DNA of 31,889 nt from a virus (IMGVR_UViG_3300048549_001141:1-31889); one strand, 5' to 3'. Counted from the first letter of the stretch, positions 1 to 9,790 are shown. Program-made: numbers and translations. The notes: generated by a model from the letters alone, not told the origin.

Positions 1-3000
1 CTCCTCTCCAACCTCGTGACAACCCTCCAAGATGTCTCCGATAACGGAAATACAACCTCCAATACCCTCCAATTCACCAATGCACACACCGCCTTCACCA
101 CCGACCTCACCTCAAATGTCGGAGTAAAGTTGAATCAATTGGCAAACGTGACACTGACCACCCCTCTAAATGAAGACATGCTTGTATATGATGGTTCCAA
201 TTGGGTCAATCAGCTACAAAATCATACATTTTTACAAGCTAAGGCATTAGAAACAATAAGTAAAGGTGATGTCGTCTATGCGGCGGGGCATACAGGTAAT
301 GATATTTTTAATATACGGAAAGCTCGAGCCGATAGTTCAACCACCATGCCCGCGTTAGGTGTAGCCTATCAAAATTTGGCTGTAAATGGTGTCGGTCTTG
401 TCGTTACATTTGGTAGAGCTGATAAATTAAACACCGGGGACTTCATATCTGGTGAAACCGTCTATGTGAGTAACGTTGTAGCTGGTGGTATCTCAAATGT
501 GGCACCCCAAGCTGAAACCGATCTCATTCAGAATGTTGGTCTCGTAGTTAAACCTCATGCGGTTACGGGTATCATTGACGTGACCGGTGTTGGTCGTGTG
601 AATGATATTCCCAACGCTCAGCTAGTCACCACCCAACCTCCACACATATATACAAATGGTGGTGGAAACACATTTGAAAAAATGGATCCCGCAGACGTTC
701 TGACAAAACTGCAAACCCTCCAACAAGTCACTGACACTGGGAACACCACCTCAAATACAATCCAATTTACAAATGCCACCACTGGTGTAGTAACCACGGC
801 AAACGTTGAAGTTGGCTCAAACATCGCAGTAGCTGGTCTCGTAGATCTAAATAATAAACACTTACCGATGGTCAGAACAGATGGATTCTTTGAGAAGTCT
901 CCAGTGTACATAACAAGTGGAGGAACTTACGTAGTTTCTACTGCGGAAGCAGAATTTCTGGGAAACCTAACATTGAGTGGCAACACAACAATTTTTTCTT
1001 CAAATAACGTCACCATCCAAGATCGTATTTTCGGAATAGGTGCAAATAATGCAGTTCACAACTTGGATACTGGTATCATGATGGAACACAAAGAAGACGG
1101 TGATTATGCCAACATAGCCGTCATATACCACGCCGATGAACATAGATTTTCCATCGGGTATACACAAAATACCTTTACAGATAACCACATCCTACACTAT
1201 GACGACCCCGATCACTTAATGCTCATCGATTTGCGAGGAAACCTTCAAGTCCAAAACAATACATCTATATTCGGTGAACTTGTCACATCTTCAAATGTAG
1301 GTATAGCGAACACATCACCTGTACACACCTTAGACGTAGGTTCCAATCTATATGTTGACGATACCGACTCAAATGTACTCGTTGTCAATGGAAATGTAAA
1401 GACAACGGGATCATACTATGGTGACGGGAGTAAATTAACAGGTCTCGTAACGACCCTCCAAGATGTCACAGACAATGGAAATACTACATCCAACACCCTT
1501 CAATTGACAAATGCGACCACAGGTCTCGTCATAGACAGCAACCTAGTCGTCGGTGGAAATGTTACAGCCACAACCTTCCTAGGTGATGGTGGTCTCCTCT
1601 CGAACCTTGTAACAACCCTCCAAGATGTCTCGGACAATGGAAATACAACGTCCAACACCCTTCAATTGACAAATGCGACCACAGGTCTCGTCATAGACAG
1701 CAACCTAGTCGTCGGTGGAAATGTTACAGCCACAACCTTCATAGGTGACGGTGGCCTCCTCTCGAACCTTGTAACAACCCTCCAAGGTGTCTCAGACAAT
1801 GGAAATACAACATCCAATACCCTTCAATTAACAAATGCAACCACCGGTCTCGTCATAGACAGCAACCTCGTCGTCGGTGGGAACGTTACAGCCACAACTT
1901 TCCTAGGTGATGGTGGTCTCCTTTCGAACCTTGTAACAACCCTCCAAGATGTCACAGACAATGGAAATACAACATCAAATACACTTCAATTGACAAATGC
2001 AACCACCGGTCTCGTCGTAGATAGCAACATCGTCGTTAATGGAATTAATACACGTAGTATAAAAACAGAAAAACAGGTGAAGATAAACGGAACCGGTGTA
2101 GGAGCAAGTGATTACTTTGGCTACTCTACAGATATTTCTGGTGACACGGCTATTGTTGGAGCATATAAAGACAACTCAGAACAAGGTATAGTGTATATTT
2201 TTAAACGCTTGGGATCAACTTGGTCAGAACAATCTGCACTTACACATTCGGGTGGTTCCGCGTCCGATCAGTTTGGTATATCTGTATCTATAGATGGAAA
2301 CACGGCTGCCATTGGATCCAATGGAACTGGCACAAATCAGGGTAGTACCTTTGTATTTACACGCACCGGCTCAACGTGGTCACAACAAATGGAATTAAAT
2401 GCATCCGATGGAGCCTCGGGTGACTCATTTGGTACGTCCGTAACAGTTTTAGGTGATACCGCTGTGATTGGAGCACCCCTAGATAACTCAAGCCAGGGTA
2501 GTGTATATGTCTTCACACGCAGTGGAACGGTATGGACAGAACAAGCCAAGCTCACTGCATCAGATGGTTCTGCATCCGATGAATTTGGTGTTTCTGTGTC
2601 TATGTCAGGTAATACAATAGTTGTTGGAGCATCGAAAGAAAATGGAACTCAAGGTGCAGTGTATGTCTTTGTGGGTTCTGGATCATCGTGGTCAGAACAA
2701 GCTAAAATCGTTGCGAGTGATGGTTCAGCTGGTGATGTTTTTGGTACATCCGTATCAATCTCCGATGATACCATTGTTTCTGGAGCGTATGGCGATAACA
2801 ACACACAGGGAAGTGCATACGTATTTACACGCACTGGCTTAACGTGGACACAACAAACTAAACTCATAGCAATAGATGGTTCATCCCAAGACGAGTTCGG
2901 TATATCTGTCTCAATCTCCGGTGATATTATCGTTGTCGGATCACAAAAGGATGATGATGATGGTTCAGATAGTGGTAGTGTATATGTATTTATAAAATCT

Positions 3001-4737
3001 GGTTCAACCTGGGTAGAATATACAAAGATTATAGCGGGGACACAAGGTGGGTCATCCGATCAATTTGGTCACTCCGTTTCTATAGACGGAGAAGGTAGTG
3101 TAATTATTGGAGCTTACTTAGATGATGATAACGGTGCAGATAGCGGTAGTGCATATATTTTTACAATTAAACGTGCTCTCGCCGTAAATAGCAATATTAT
3201 CGTTGATGGATATGTGACATCTACCGATCTTTCCGTAGACAATAACATCGTCGTTGGTAGAAACATTACAGCCACAGCCTTCCTAGGTGATGGTGGTCTC
3301 CTCTCCAACATCACCACGACCCTCCAATCTGTTACAGACAGTGGAAATACAACATCCAAGACCCTTCAATTGACAAATGCAACCACTGGTCTCGTCGTAG
3401 ATAGCAACATCGTCGTCGGTGGAAATGTTACAGCCACAGCCTTCCTAGGTGATGGTGGTCTCCTCTCGAATGTCACAGCATCGGTAAGTATTCAACAATC
3501 GTCAGATGTTGGAAACACGACATCTAATACTTTACAATTCACAAATCCAACGACAGCTTTTGTCACCCAGAGTAACGTCGGTATTCAAAACACCTCACCC
3601 ACTAATACATTGAGTGTAGGATCAAACCTTCACGTTGACGATACAAACTCAAATGTTCTCACAGTTGTGGGGAACACATGGATGCAGAACTTAACTTTGG
3701 GGACGATCCACATGACCCCCGCGTATGGTCTAGAAAACGTCACAGAAGTCGGTAACAGTACCCCTTACACTGTTGAATTCAGTAACGCTACCACAGGTCT
3801 TGTAACCACATCCAACTTGGAAGTTGGAGGAACACTGAAATTTGGGGGAGTCATAGATTTTTCAAATCCTCTAGGCTTAGCAGCCGTCAGTAATGTTGGA
3901 AATACAACTCCCTACACAATTGAATTTAACAACCCTACCACAGGGTTTGAGACAGCCTCTAACGCTGTTATTGGAGGGGACCTAGATGTCTTGGGAAATC
4001 TGGGTTCCGGTTTATCAAATGTCATACTGAACGCTATATACCCAGTGGGCACGATTATAGACCGCGCAACTGCGATCACTGATACCCACCTAAACGGTAA
4101 GTTTAAGGCGTTCCTCGCAGCCCCTAATCAGGAGTGGGAGTTAGTTTCAGATGGTCAAGACGTTGTTCCGTTGGAGTATTTGTCTCAAAATGGAGATAGT
4201 ACCAATTACTGTGATCGCGGCACTATGTTAGCCTCAAGCGCGTTACAAAACTTGACTACTACGTTTGAGACCATAGAAGGATCTGAGGTTACTGCTTTTA
4301 CTCCTGTACTTGGCACAACTAAACTTTTATATAAAGTTGTTATCGCGTTTCATCATGGTAGTGCGGCACCGTTGGGGAATTTTGTTATTGAAATGAAAGA
4401 AGGTTCTGGACCTTGGACACAAATATCCAAATCTACGGATTCAATGTATTCCGATAGTGTTTTGAATTCTCCATTTGAATGTTCTGCTATCGTATATTTT
4501 GGTGATAGTACAAATGATTTATCACAAGGCCGCACCAGTACTGTTCGGCCTACTATTGGTTTGAGAGTTATAGGAAGGGAGTTTACTTCGGGAGGCAATG
4601 CAGCAGTTGTTAATGTTGTCGATTATGTTTTGACTGGTAATGTTGATACTGCTCATGTAGAGCGACATGTACCTCCTCGTGTTGATATGATATCACTTGG
4701 GCCCGAAGGTATTTTGAAGTACGAGCGCACAGTGTAG
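1..4737 (+). CDS. Large virion fibre/adhesin protein, 5'-truncated: phage-fibre-like N-region, 54-aa shaft repeats, 7-bladed FG-GAP-like beta-propeller, C-terminal IYPVGTI...YERTV (Gp10-C-like) domain with an insert
   Basis: The frame is open from base 1 (LLSNL-VTTLQ...), so the GTG at 16 is unlikely to be the real start. Shaft repeats of 162 bp lie at 1447-2040. Seven W-x-x-Q-x-K-L-x-ASDG...D-x-FG-x-SVSISG repeats lie at about 2070-3170. The C-terminal region is bracketed by AIYPVGTII and KYERTV. Confidence 0.85.
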   Translation, partial: LLSNLVTTLQDVSDNGNTTSNTLQFTNAHTAFTTDLTSNVGVKLNQLANVTLTTPLNEDMLVYDGSNWVNQLQNHTFLQAKALETISKGDVVYAAGHTGNDIFNIRKARADSSTTMPALGVAYQNLAVNGVGLVVTFGRADKLNTGDFISGETVYVSNVVAGGISNVAPQAETDLIQNVGLVVKPHAVTGIIDVTGVGRVNDIPNAQLVTTQPPHIYTNGGGNTFEKMDPADVLTKLQTLQQVTDTGNTTSNTIQFTNATTGVVTTANVEVGSNIAVAGLVDLNNKHLPMVRTDGFFEKSPVYITSGGTYVVSTAEAEFLGNLTLSGNTTIFSSNNVTIQDRIFGIGANNAVHNLDTGIMMEHKEDGDYANIAVIYHADEHRFSIGYTQNTFTDNHILHYDDPDHLMLIDLRGNLQVQNNTSIFGELVTSSNVGIANTSPVHTLDVGSNLYVDDTDSNVLVVNGNVKTTGSYYGDGSKLTGLVTTLQDVTDNGNTTSNTLQLTNATTGLVIDSNLVVGGNVTATTFLGDGGLLSNLVTTLQDVSDNGNTTSNTLQLTNATTGLVIDSNLVVGGNVTATTFIGDGGLLSNLVTTLQGVSDNGNTTSNTLQLTNATTGLVIDSNLVVGGNVTATTFLGDGGLLSNLVTTLQDVTDNGNTTSNTLQLTNATTGLVVDSNIVVNGINTRSIKTEKQVKINGTGVGASDYFGYSTDISGDTAIVGAYKDNSEQGIVYIFKRLGSTWSEQSALTHSGGSASDQFGISVSIDGNTAAIGSNGTGTNQGSTFVFTRTGSTWSQQMELNASDGASGDSFGTSVTVLGDTAVIGAPLDNSSQGSVYVFTRSGTVWTEQAKLTASDGSASDEFGVSVSMSGNTIVVGASKENGTQGAVYVFVGSGSSWSEQAKIVASDGSAGDVFGTSVSISDDTIVSGAYGDNNTQGSAYVFTRTGLTWTQQTKLIAIDGSSQDEFGISVSISGDIIVVGSQKDDDDGSDSGSVYVFIKSGSTWVEYTKIIAGTQGGSSDQFGHSVSIDGEGSVIIGAYLDDDNGADSGSAYIFTIKRALAVNSNIIVDGYVTSTDLSVDNNIVVGRNITATAFLGDGGLLSNITTTLQSVTDSGNTTSKTLQLTNATTGLVVDSNIVVGGNVTATAFLGDGGLLSNVTASVSIQQSSDVGNTTSNTLQFTNPTTAFVTQSNVGIQNTSPTNTLSVGSNLHVDDTNSNVLTVVGNTWMQNLTLGTIHMTPAYGLENVTEVGNSTPYTVEFSNATTGLVTTSNLEVGGTLKFGGVIDFSNPLGLAAVSNVGNTTPYTIEFNNPTTGFETASNAVIGGDLDVLGNLGSGLSNVILNAIYPVGTIIDRATAITDTHLNGKFKAFLAAPNQEWELVSDGQDVVPLEYLSQNGDSTNYCDRGTMLASSALQNLTTTFETIEGSEVTAFTPVLGTTKLLYKVVIAFHHGSAAPLGNFVIEMKEGSGPWTQISKSTDSMYSDSVLNSPFECSAIVYFGDSTNDLSQGRTSTVRPTIGLRVIGREFTSGGNAAVVNVVDYVLTGNVDTAHVERHVPPRVDMISLGPEGILKYERTV
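1447..2040 (+). repeat. 162-bp (54-aa) coding tandem repeat, about 3.6 copies (fibre shaft)
   Basis: Units start at 1447, 1609, 1771 and 1933: VTTLQDVxDNGNTTSNTLQLTNATTGLVIDSNLVVGGNVTATTFLGDGGLLSNL. Confidence 0.95.
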
Positions 4738-4812
4738 ACCCAATGTGTAAATTCCTATCTGTCACTGGAATCACCAAACCCAACTTGTAAATTTAATACA
4801 CATGTAGATCAT

Positions 4813-4846
4813 AAAAAGTACAAACCTTTCAGGGTTTGTACTTTTT
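4813..4846. terminator. Perfect 14-bp-stem intergenic hairpin, candidate 3'-end/polyadenylation signal
   Basis: AAAAAGTACAAACC-tttcag-GGTTTGTACTTTTT between two + strand genes. Function is inferred by analogy to the Mimivirus hairpin rule. Confidence 0.55.
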
Positions 4847-4874
4847 TTAAAATTCTTTTCCCTTTCTATATTAA

Positions 4875-7800
4875 ATGGGTTCTCTTAGTGGTTTAAGCGG
4901 ATACCTTGATATCCCCAATGCCAACCTCAGGGTAGCCGGTGCAGGGCAATTTGCTAGTATAAATGTAGGCTCCGTGAGGTTATCTTCAACATATGATTTG
5001 GATATGATAACTTCGAGGGGTAATACTACCCCCTATACCGTAGAATTCAATAACGCTACCACAGGTCTCGTAACTGCGGCCAATGCTGAAATTGGTGAAA
5101 ACTTGACAGCCAACAACATCATTGTAAACAATGCTGAAATTGGTGAAAACTTGACAGCCAACAACATCATTGTAAACAATGACATGCTCTTAAATACAAA
5201 TACACAATTTACGATAAACTCTAATGTCGTCACAGAGTTCACCGGGCCCCACGGTCGAGGGGACCAATCCACCCCCACACCCCGGAAGTTCCCAGGGTTC
5301 CCGATGACCTCTAACACCACCCCACTTGGTTACGTGGCGAGTGCGAGTAGCACATATCAAGGTGCGGGTTCGGTTTACGCAGCTTGGAAAGCCTTCGATG
5401 GTGCTATTGAGAATAGGACCTCGTCCGACACCCCCATACCCGACGGACCGTACTACTATGATTGGATATCACTTGCATCTAAGTACACCGGGACCCAAGC
5501 CACGTACTCTGGTTCAGAAAATACAGCTGTGAGTGGCGTCAACGTCGCCGGTGAATGGCTCCAGATCGAGGTCCCCAAGGCGTTCAAATTGACCTCGACT
5601 TATGGGTATCCAGGAAATAGTGCTGGTGGTACGGATATAAATCGTAGCCCCAAGGTGGGTAAAATTGCTGGGAGTAACGATGGTACCACATGGACCCTCG
5701 TACACAGCTTCTCGGACCTAGTTACATACGACCCAGCCTCGGGTGAGATACCAATGTCGACCCAATGGGCCCAAGGGTCGGCGACGAGTTTTGGTGACAT
5801 CTCCCCAGATGTGGGCTATTACAGGTACTACCGACTCATCACGACCCAGGTAAACAAGAACGATGGTGGCTACGTCCAACTCAACCAATGGGAACTCTAC
5901 GGCATCAGTGAGGACGACTCGGAGTTTGTGGCCATTGGGGGGGACACCTCTGTGGATGTCACCATCAAGTCCCAATACAACACCCCAGCGGTGAGTGGCT
6001 ACAAGCTCTACTTGGATGGTGTGGAGGGCTCGACGGCCACCGATCTCAGCACGGGTCCAATTACGGTGACAGAGAACAACGTAACCTACGACGCCACCGA
6101 GAAGGCTTGGGTCTTCGATGGGTCCACGGAGAGTAACATCGTCTCGGCGACGTTGGGCTTTGAGGGTGACCAACCTCTGTCCGTCTCCACGTGGTTCAAA
6201 TCCTCAAACTTGGAGACCAACGTCTCGACCTCCACCATCTTCAACGTGGGGACGGCTGGGGGCGAGGGCTTCGCCAAGGCTGAGGCTGGGGTGGACCTGA
6301 CCCCCCTAATCACCGCCAACACGTGGCACAACCTGGCCTTCACCTCCAACGGCCAAGGTCTCTACAACCACACCTACCTGGACGGCAAACTCATTGGGTC
6401 CCTACCTTCCTACGATAGTGCGCGGTACTACCCAGAGATTCCACTCCTCCGCGATTCACAAGATGGGTACAATGTCACAGCGAGTAGTGAATATAATAAC
6501 TTCTATAGGAAAACAGAACCTTTTGAACATCGAGCAAGCGGAGGTGTACACTGGATAACCTTTAACGGAGGTTTCAGTGACACGATAAACTATTTAGGAA
6601 CTGCGCGTTTAGCTTCAACTACCCCTTTAGGTGAATGGCTCAAACTTGAGATGCCTCATCCAATTTTGATGACGCATATAATTTTAAGTTCGGCTGGTAG
6701 CGCTCGCGTCCCAACGGATTTCAAAGTGTATGGTTCCAATGATGATACAAACTGGGATGAACTCCTATCCAAAACGGGGTTCTCAGTGGCTACGGTTACT
6801 GCCAATGACGCAACTAAATTGATCGACGCCGACACCTCTACCAGAGCCTATAAATACTTCGCTCTAGTGATAACTAAGAAGGTTAGTGGCACTTACCAAT
6901 ACGTTCACGTGCACGAACTCCGCTACTTCGGCCACCGGGTCAACGACTTGGTGCGTTTCCCAGATTCCACGACTGTGAGGAAGTTCCCAGATACTGTGAT
7001 GACCTCTTACGGACCACAGAGGGGGTATAATGTAACAACTTCAGTTGCTTTGAATGGTGTTGCAAGTGATAATATAGGTCAAAATAGACGAGCGTGGATG
7101 GCATTTGATACAAAGGTGGACGGTACCGACAATACATATTGGCAAATGGGAGATAACTCCCATTATTCTAGCGGTACGGGTGATGCAGTAGCATCACATG
7201 CTCCAATCGTACCGGGACATACTACGAGAGGTGGGTGGCTAAAATTGGAGTTGCCACATAAATTACTACTCACTAAAATTATAGTCCATTCTAACAATGC
7301 TAAAACTGTTGGGAGTGGATCCGAGGGAGTTAATAGTGCGAAAATATATGGCTCTAATGACGATTCAACATGGTACGTTGTCAAAGACACATACGCCTTA
7401 AATTATGCGGACACTTCTGTAACTGTAGCGGAAGATACCATAAGTACGAGCACTGCCTATAAATATATCATATTTCAAATTACCAAAACAGGTGGTGGGC
7501 CGGGTGCTCTCGTGCGAGAACTTGAGTTCTATGGCACAGAAGTAGCTGAACCAGTCCTAGCCAGGTTGGGTGGTTCTTTTGAGGGGAAGATTGCGAACAC
7601 GAGGGTCTACGACAGGTCCATTGGGGAGCGGCAGGTCCTAGAGGTTTGGGACGCCGAGAAGGACAGGTTCGGTAGGGGGGAGTCCTCCATAACGGTGCAC
7701 AAGGGTCGCTTGGGGGTGGGGACGAAGACGCCCCAAGCCACCCTAGACGTTCGGGGGAACATCTTTGGGCCCCTCCTCACCCACAGGAGCTACGTGTGGA

Positions 7801-8291
7801 GGAAGCCGGGGATCACCTACGTACCCGCCAACCAGGAATGCCGCATCCTCGCCCAAGTCGTCGAGATCCCAGAGATGTACAAGAACATTTCACCCCTAAA
7901 TCTTAGGTTGTCCTACAAATGGCAATGGTATGGAGAAATGGCTACAAGTGGCGCCAATAATGTTTATGACATAGTGTGGCGAACCAATGTGAAACATAGT
8001 GGGAACACCGTAGAGCATATGAATACTGGTAGGGAAGGGAATAGACGCATCGGTGTAACGGGTACGTGGTATGGGTATTCTGCAGAGGACGAAAATTCAA
8101 CCCCAGAATATACCCTAGTTCCGGGGATATACGACTTGAAGAATGTGACGGGGGATACGTTTGAAGTAGAACTCACACAAATGGGGAGGTTTATTCGTCA
8201 GGTATACACTAACCGTGCGGTCGGTGCCACGGATGACGCCAACTTCGAGAGAGGTTGCTCAACCCTCACCGTCTTCATGGAGCCGTATTAA
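4875..8291 (+). CDS. Fibre/adhesin protein: N-terminal anchor motif, three discoidin (F5/8 type C)-like domains, a split LamG-like domain and a phage-type C-terminal tip
   Basis: 1138-aa ORF with ctatattaaATG start. The pattern '(A/T)SS...AWKAFD...GEWLxxExP...GSNDxxxW...Y(R/K)Y...ELxxYG' occurs three times. LamG-like motifs FDGS, SVSTWFK, WHNLAFT, YLDG and GKIANTRVYDR are present. Confidence 0.8.
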   Translation: MGSLSGLSGYLDIPNANLRVAGAGQFASINVGSVRLSSTYDLDMITSRGNTTPYTVEFNNATTGLVTAANAEIGENLTANNIIVNNAEIGENLTANNIIVNNDMLLNTNTQFTINSNVVTEFTGPHGRGDQSTPTPRKFPGFPMTSNTTPLGYVASASSTYQGAGSVYAAWKAFDGAIENRTSSDTPIPDGPYYYDWISLASKYTGTQATYSGSENTAVSGVNVAGEWLQIEVPKAFKLTSTYGYPGNSAGGTDINRSPKVGKIAGSNDGTTWTLVHSFSDLVTYDPASGEIPMSTQWAQGSATSFGDISPDVGYYRYYRLITTQVNKNDGGYVQLNQWELYGISEDDSEFVAIGGDTSVDVTIKSQYNTPAVSGYKLYLDGVEGSTATDLSTGPITVTENNVTYDATEKAWVFDGSTESNIVSATLGFEGDQPLSVSTWFKSSNLETNVSTSTIFNVGTAGGEGFAKAEAGVDLTPLITANTWHNLAFTSNGQGLYNHTYLDGKLIGSLPSYDSARYYPEIPLLRDSQDGYNVTASSEYNNFYRKTEPFEHRASGGVHWITFNGGFSDTINYLGTARLASTTPLGEWLKLEMPHPILMTHIILSSAGSARVPTDFKVYGSNDDTNWDELLSKTGFSVATVTANDATKLIDADTSTRAYKYFALVITKKVSGTYQYVHVHELRYFGHRVNDLVRFPDSTTVRKFPDTVMTSYGPQRGYNVTTSVALNGVASDNIGQNRRAWMAFDTKVDGTDNTYWQMGDNSHYSSGTGDAVASHAPIVPGHTTRGGWLKLELPHKLLLTKIIVHSNNAKTVGSGSEGVNSAKIYGSNDDSTWYVVKDTYALNYADTSVTVAEDTISTSTAYKYIIFQITKTGGGPGALVRELEFYGTEVAEPVLARLGGSFEGKIANTRVYDRSIGERQVLEVWDAEKDRFGRGESSITVHKGRLGVGTKTPQATLDVRGNIFGPLLTHRSYVWRKPGITYVPANQECRILAQVVEIPEMYKNISPLNLRLSYKWQWYGEMATSGANNVYDIVWRTNVKHSGNTVEHMNTGREGNRRIGVTGTWYGYSAEDENSTPEYTLVPGIYDLKNVTGDTFEVELTQMGRFIRQVYTNRAVGATDDANFERGCSTLTVFMEPY
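5081..5181 (+). repeat. Perfect 48-bp in-frame tandem duplication (NAEIGENLTANNIIVN x2)
   Basis: caatgctgaaattggtgaaaacttgacagccaacaacatcattgtaaa repeats exactly at 5081 and 5129. Confidence 0.95.
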
Positions 8292-8310
8292 ATATCTTCG
8301 CCCATAGTAA

Positions 8311-8661
8311 ATGGATTTACTCGCGGTTCTCACGAAGCTCCGTCCCGGTGAGTCCTTCAGTTTTAGGGAGGACCAAGACGCGGAGACCCTAGAGAATGTG
8401 GTGTGCACCTGCACCCTCCCAACCCTGGGGGAGTGTCAGACCTACTGGGATGAGACCCTAAAGCCCGAGATGGCCACCAAAGCCCTCCGCCGGAAGAGGG
8501 ACAGGTTGATTAGGGAGAGTGACCCCTACAGCCTCCCAGACTTCCCCCATGCCTCTGAAGAGGTTCGCCAAGCATGGCTCACCTACCGCCAGACCCTCAG
8601 GGATCTCCCAGCCAATACAGAGGACCCCTCTAATCCCACCTGGCCCGATGTCCCCGAGTGA
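8311..8661 (+). CDS. Phage tail-fibre assembly chaperone-like protein (copy 1)
   Basis: 116 aa. The C-terminal motif LRxxRDxLxxxSD...WxxYRQxLRDLP...PxWP is typical of the Phage_tail_APC/Tfa-like family. It lies directly downstream of a fibre gene. Confidence 0.8.
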   Translation: MDLLAVLTKLRPGESFSFREDQDAETLENVVCTCTLPTLGECQTYWDETLKPEMATKALRRKRDRLIRESDPYSLPDFPHASEEVRQAWLTYRQTLRDLPANTEDPSNPTWPDVPE

Positions 8662-8662
8662 T

Positions 8663-8703
8663 CACATTTAATAACGTGTAAATCATTTCTTACCCTATAT
8701 TAA
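8663..8703 (+). promoter_or_regulatory. 41-bp cassette leader element, copy 1
   Basis: CACATTTAATAACGTGTAAATCATTTCTTACCCTATATTAA abuts the ATG at 8704. It is identical to five other copies. Confidence 0.9.
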
Positions 8704-9372
8704 ATGGTTGTCCAAACACCAGAAGGCATCTTGGAAGTCAGGAACGCTACAATTCGGGCGAATAGGATCGAGGCGGACTCCTACAAATTTGATTCAACTT
8801 CGAACCTAGAGATTGGTACAGCCAACCTCTTTGTGGACACGACGACCTCCAACGTGGGGATCGGGACGAATGCACCGCTGGCGAAACTCCATGTGAATGG
8901 GGACTTTTACGCACATGATGCGATAAGACAAATTGTTCAAAGTGTAAAAACAGACACTTCATCAACAAATAGCTCATCATTTATAGATACAGGGATTTCC
9001 GTAACTATAACACCAAAAACTAGCACAAGTAAAATATTAATATCATATTCGGTGAATGCTGGAGTTAATGATGGTCATGGTTATCTTCGTTTAGTTAGAG
9101 ATGGTACACCAATAGCCATCGGTGACGCAGCCGGTTCTAGATATCAGTGCACACATGCTCCTAGAGGAGATAGCCACAACCAAGATATTATTCCATGTTC
9201 TATGGAATTTTTAGATGTACCAGCAACAACTTCAGCTGTTACGTATAAAATTCAGATGGCGGTCGCGCACTCGACGTATTACATATATATTAATCGAAAT
9301 CATTCCAACGGTGATAGCGTGTATTCTGGACGCACCGCATCTACTATCACAGCAAAAGAAATTGGTTATTAA
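8704..9372 (+). CDS. Short fibre protein with a marine-phage-type C-terminal tip domain
   Basis: 222 aa. It has an N-terminal anchor motif and a GTANLFVDTTTSNVGIGT...LHVNG linker. The tip 'QIVQSVKTD...SVTITPKTSTSKILI...TYKIQ...INR...STITAKEI' resembles small tail-fibre tips of marine tailed phages (from recall). Confidence 0.7.
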   Translation: MVVQTPEGILEVRNATIRANRIEADSYKFDSTSNLEIGTANLFVDTTTSNVGIGTNAPLAKLHVNGDFYAHDAIRQIVQSVKTDTSSTNSSSFIDTGISVTITPKTSTSKILISYSVNAGVNDGHGYLRLVRDGTPIAIGDAAGSRYQCTHAPRGDSHNQDIIPCSMEFLDVPATTSAVTYKIQMAVAHSTYYIYINRNHSNGDSVYSGRTASTITAKEIGY

Positions 9373-9394
9373 TTATTTCTTATGTATAACATAT

Positions 9395-9736
9395 ATGGGA
9401 GTCACTATAACTGATGCATTAACCACATATTTTCCCGGTGCCCAATGGAGTATGATTGGTGAAGATTTAACGTGGCTTTCTACGGACATCCCTAAACCAT
9501 CCAAAGAGGAACTCCTCCAAAAGGTTGAACAATTGAAAGCTGAGCGACCCCTAAAGGAACTCCGCCAGGAACGTGATAGGAGGCTCCAAGCAGTGGATTG
9601 GGTCACATCGAGAGCAACCTCTACAGAGACCCCCGTCCCCCAAGAGTGGAAGACCTACATGCAGGCTCTAAGGGACCTCCCAGCCACCACCGAGGACCCC
9701 ACGAACCCCGAGTGGCCAACCCAGCCAAGTCCATAG
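9395..9736 (+). CDS. Phage tail-fibre assembly chaperone-like protein (copy 2)
   Basis: Start re-assigned to ATG 9395 (MGVTITDAL..., 113 aa) because the ORF-track start at 9215 overlaps the upstream gene. Motif: LRQERDRRLQAVDW...WKTYMQALRDLP...WP. Confidence 0.8.
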   Translation: MGVTITDALTTYFPGAQWSMIGEDLTWLSTDIPKPSKEELLQKVEQLKAERPLKELRQERDRRLQAVDWVTSRATSTETPVPQEWKTYMQALRDLPATTEDPTNPEWPTQPSP

Positions 9737-9749
9737 GACTTGTCCCCCC

Positions 9750-9790
9750 CACATTTAATAACGTGTAAATCATTTCTTACCCTATATTAA
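9750..9790 (+). promoter_or_regulatory. 41-bp cassette leader element, copy 2
   Basis: Identical 41-mer abutting ATG 9791. Confidence 0.9.

Noticed and set aside
8663..8703. Leader element as a dif/XerCD or integron attC site
   Set aside because: There is only a 5-bp AT-rich dyad, with no convincing match to 11-bp Xer arms or to RYYYAAC...GTTRRRY with a long imperfect palindrome.
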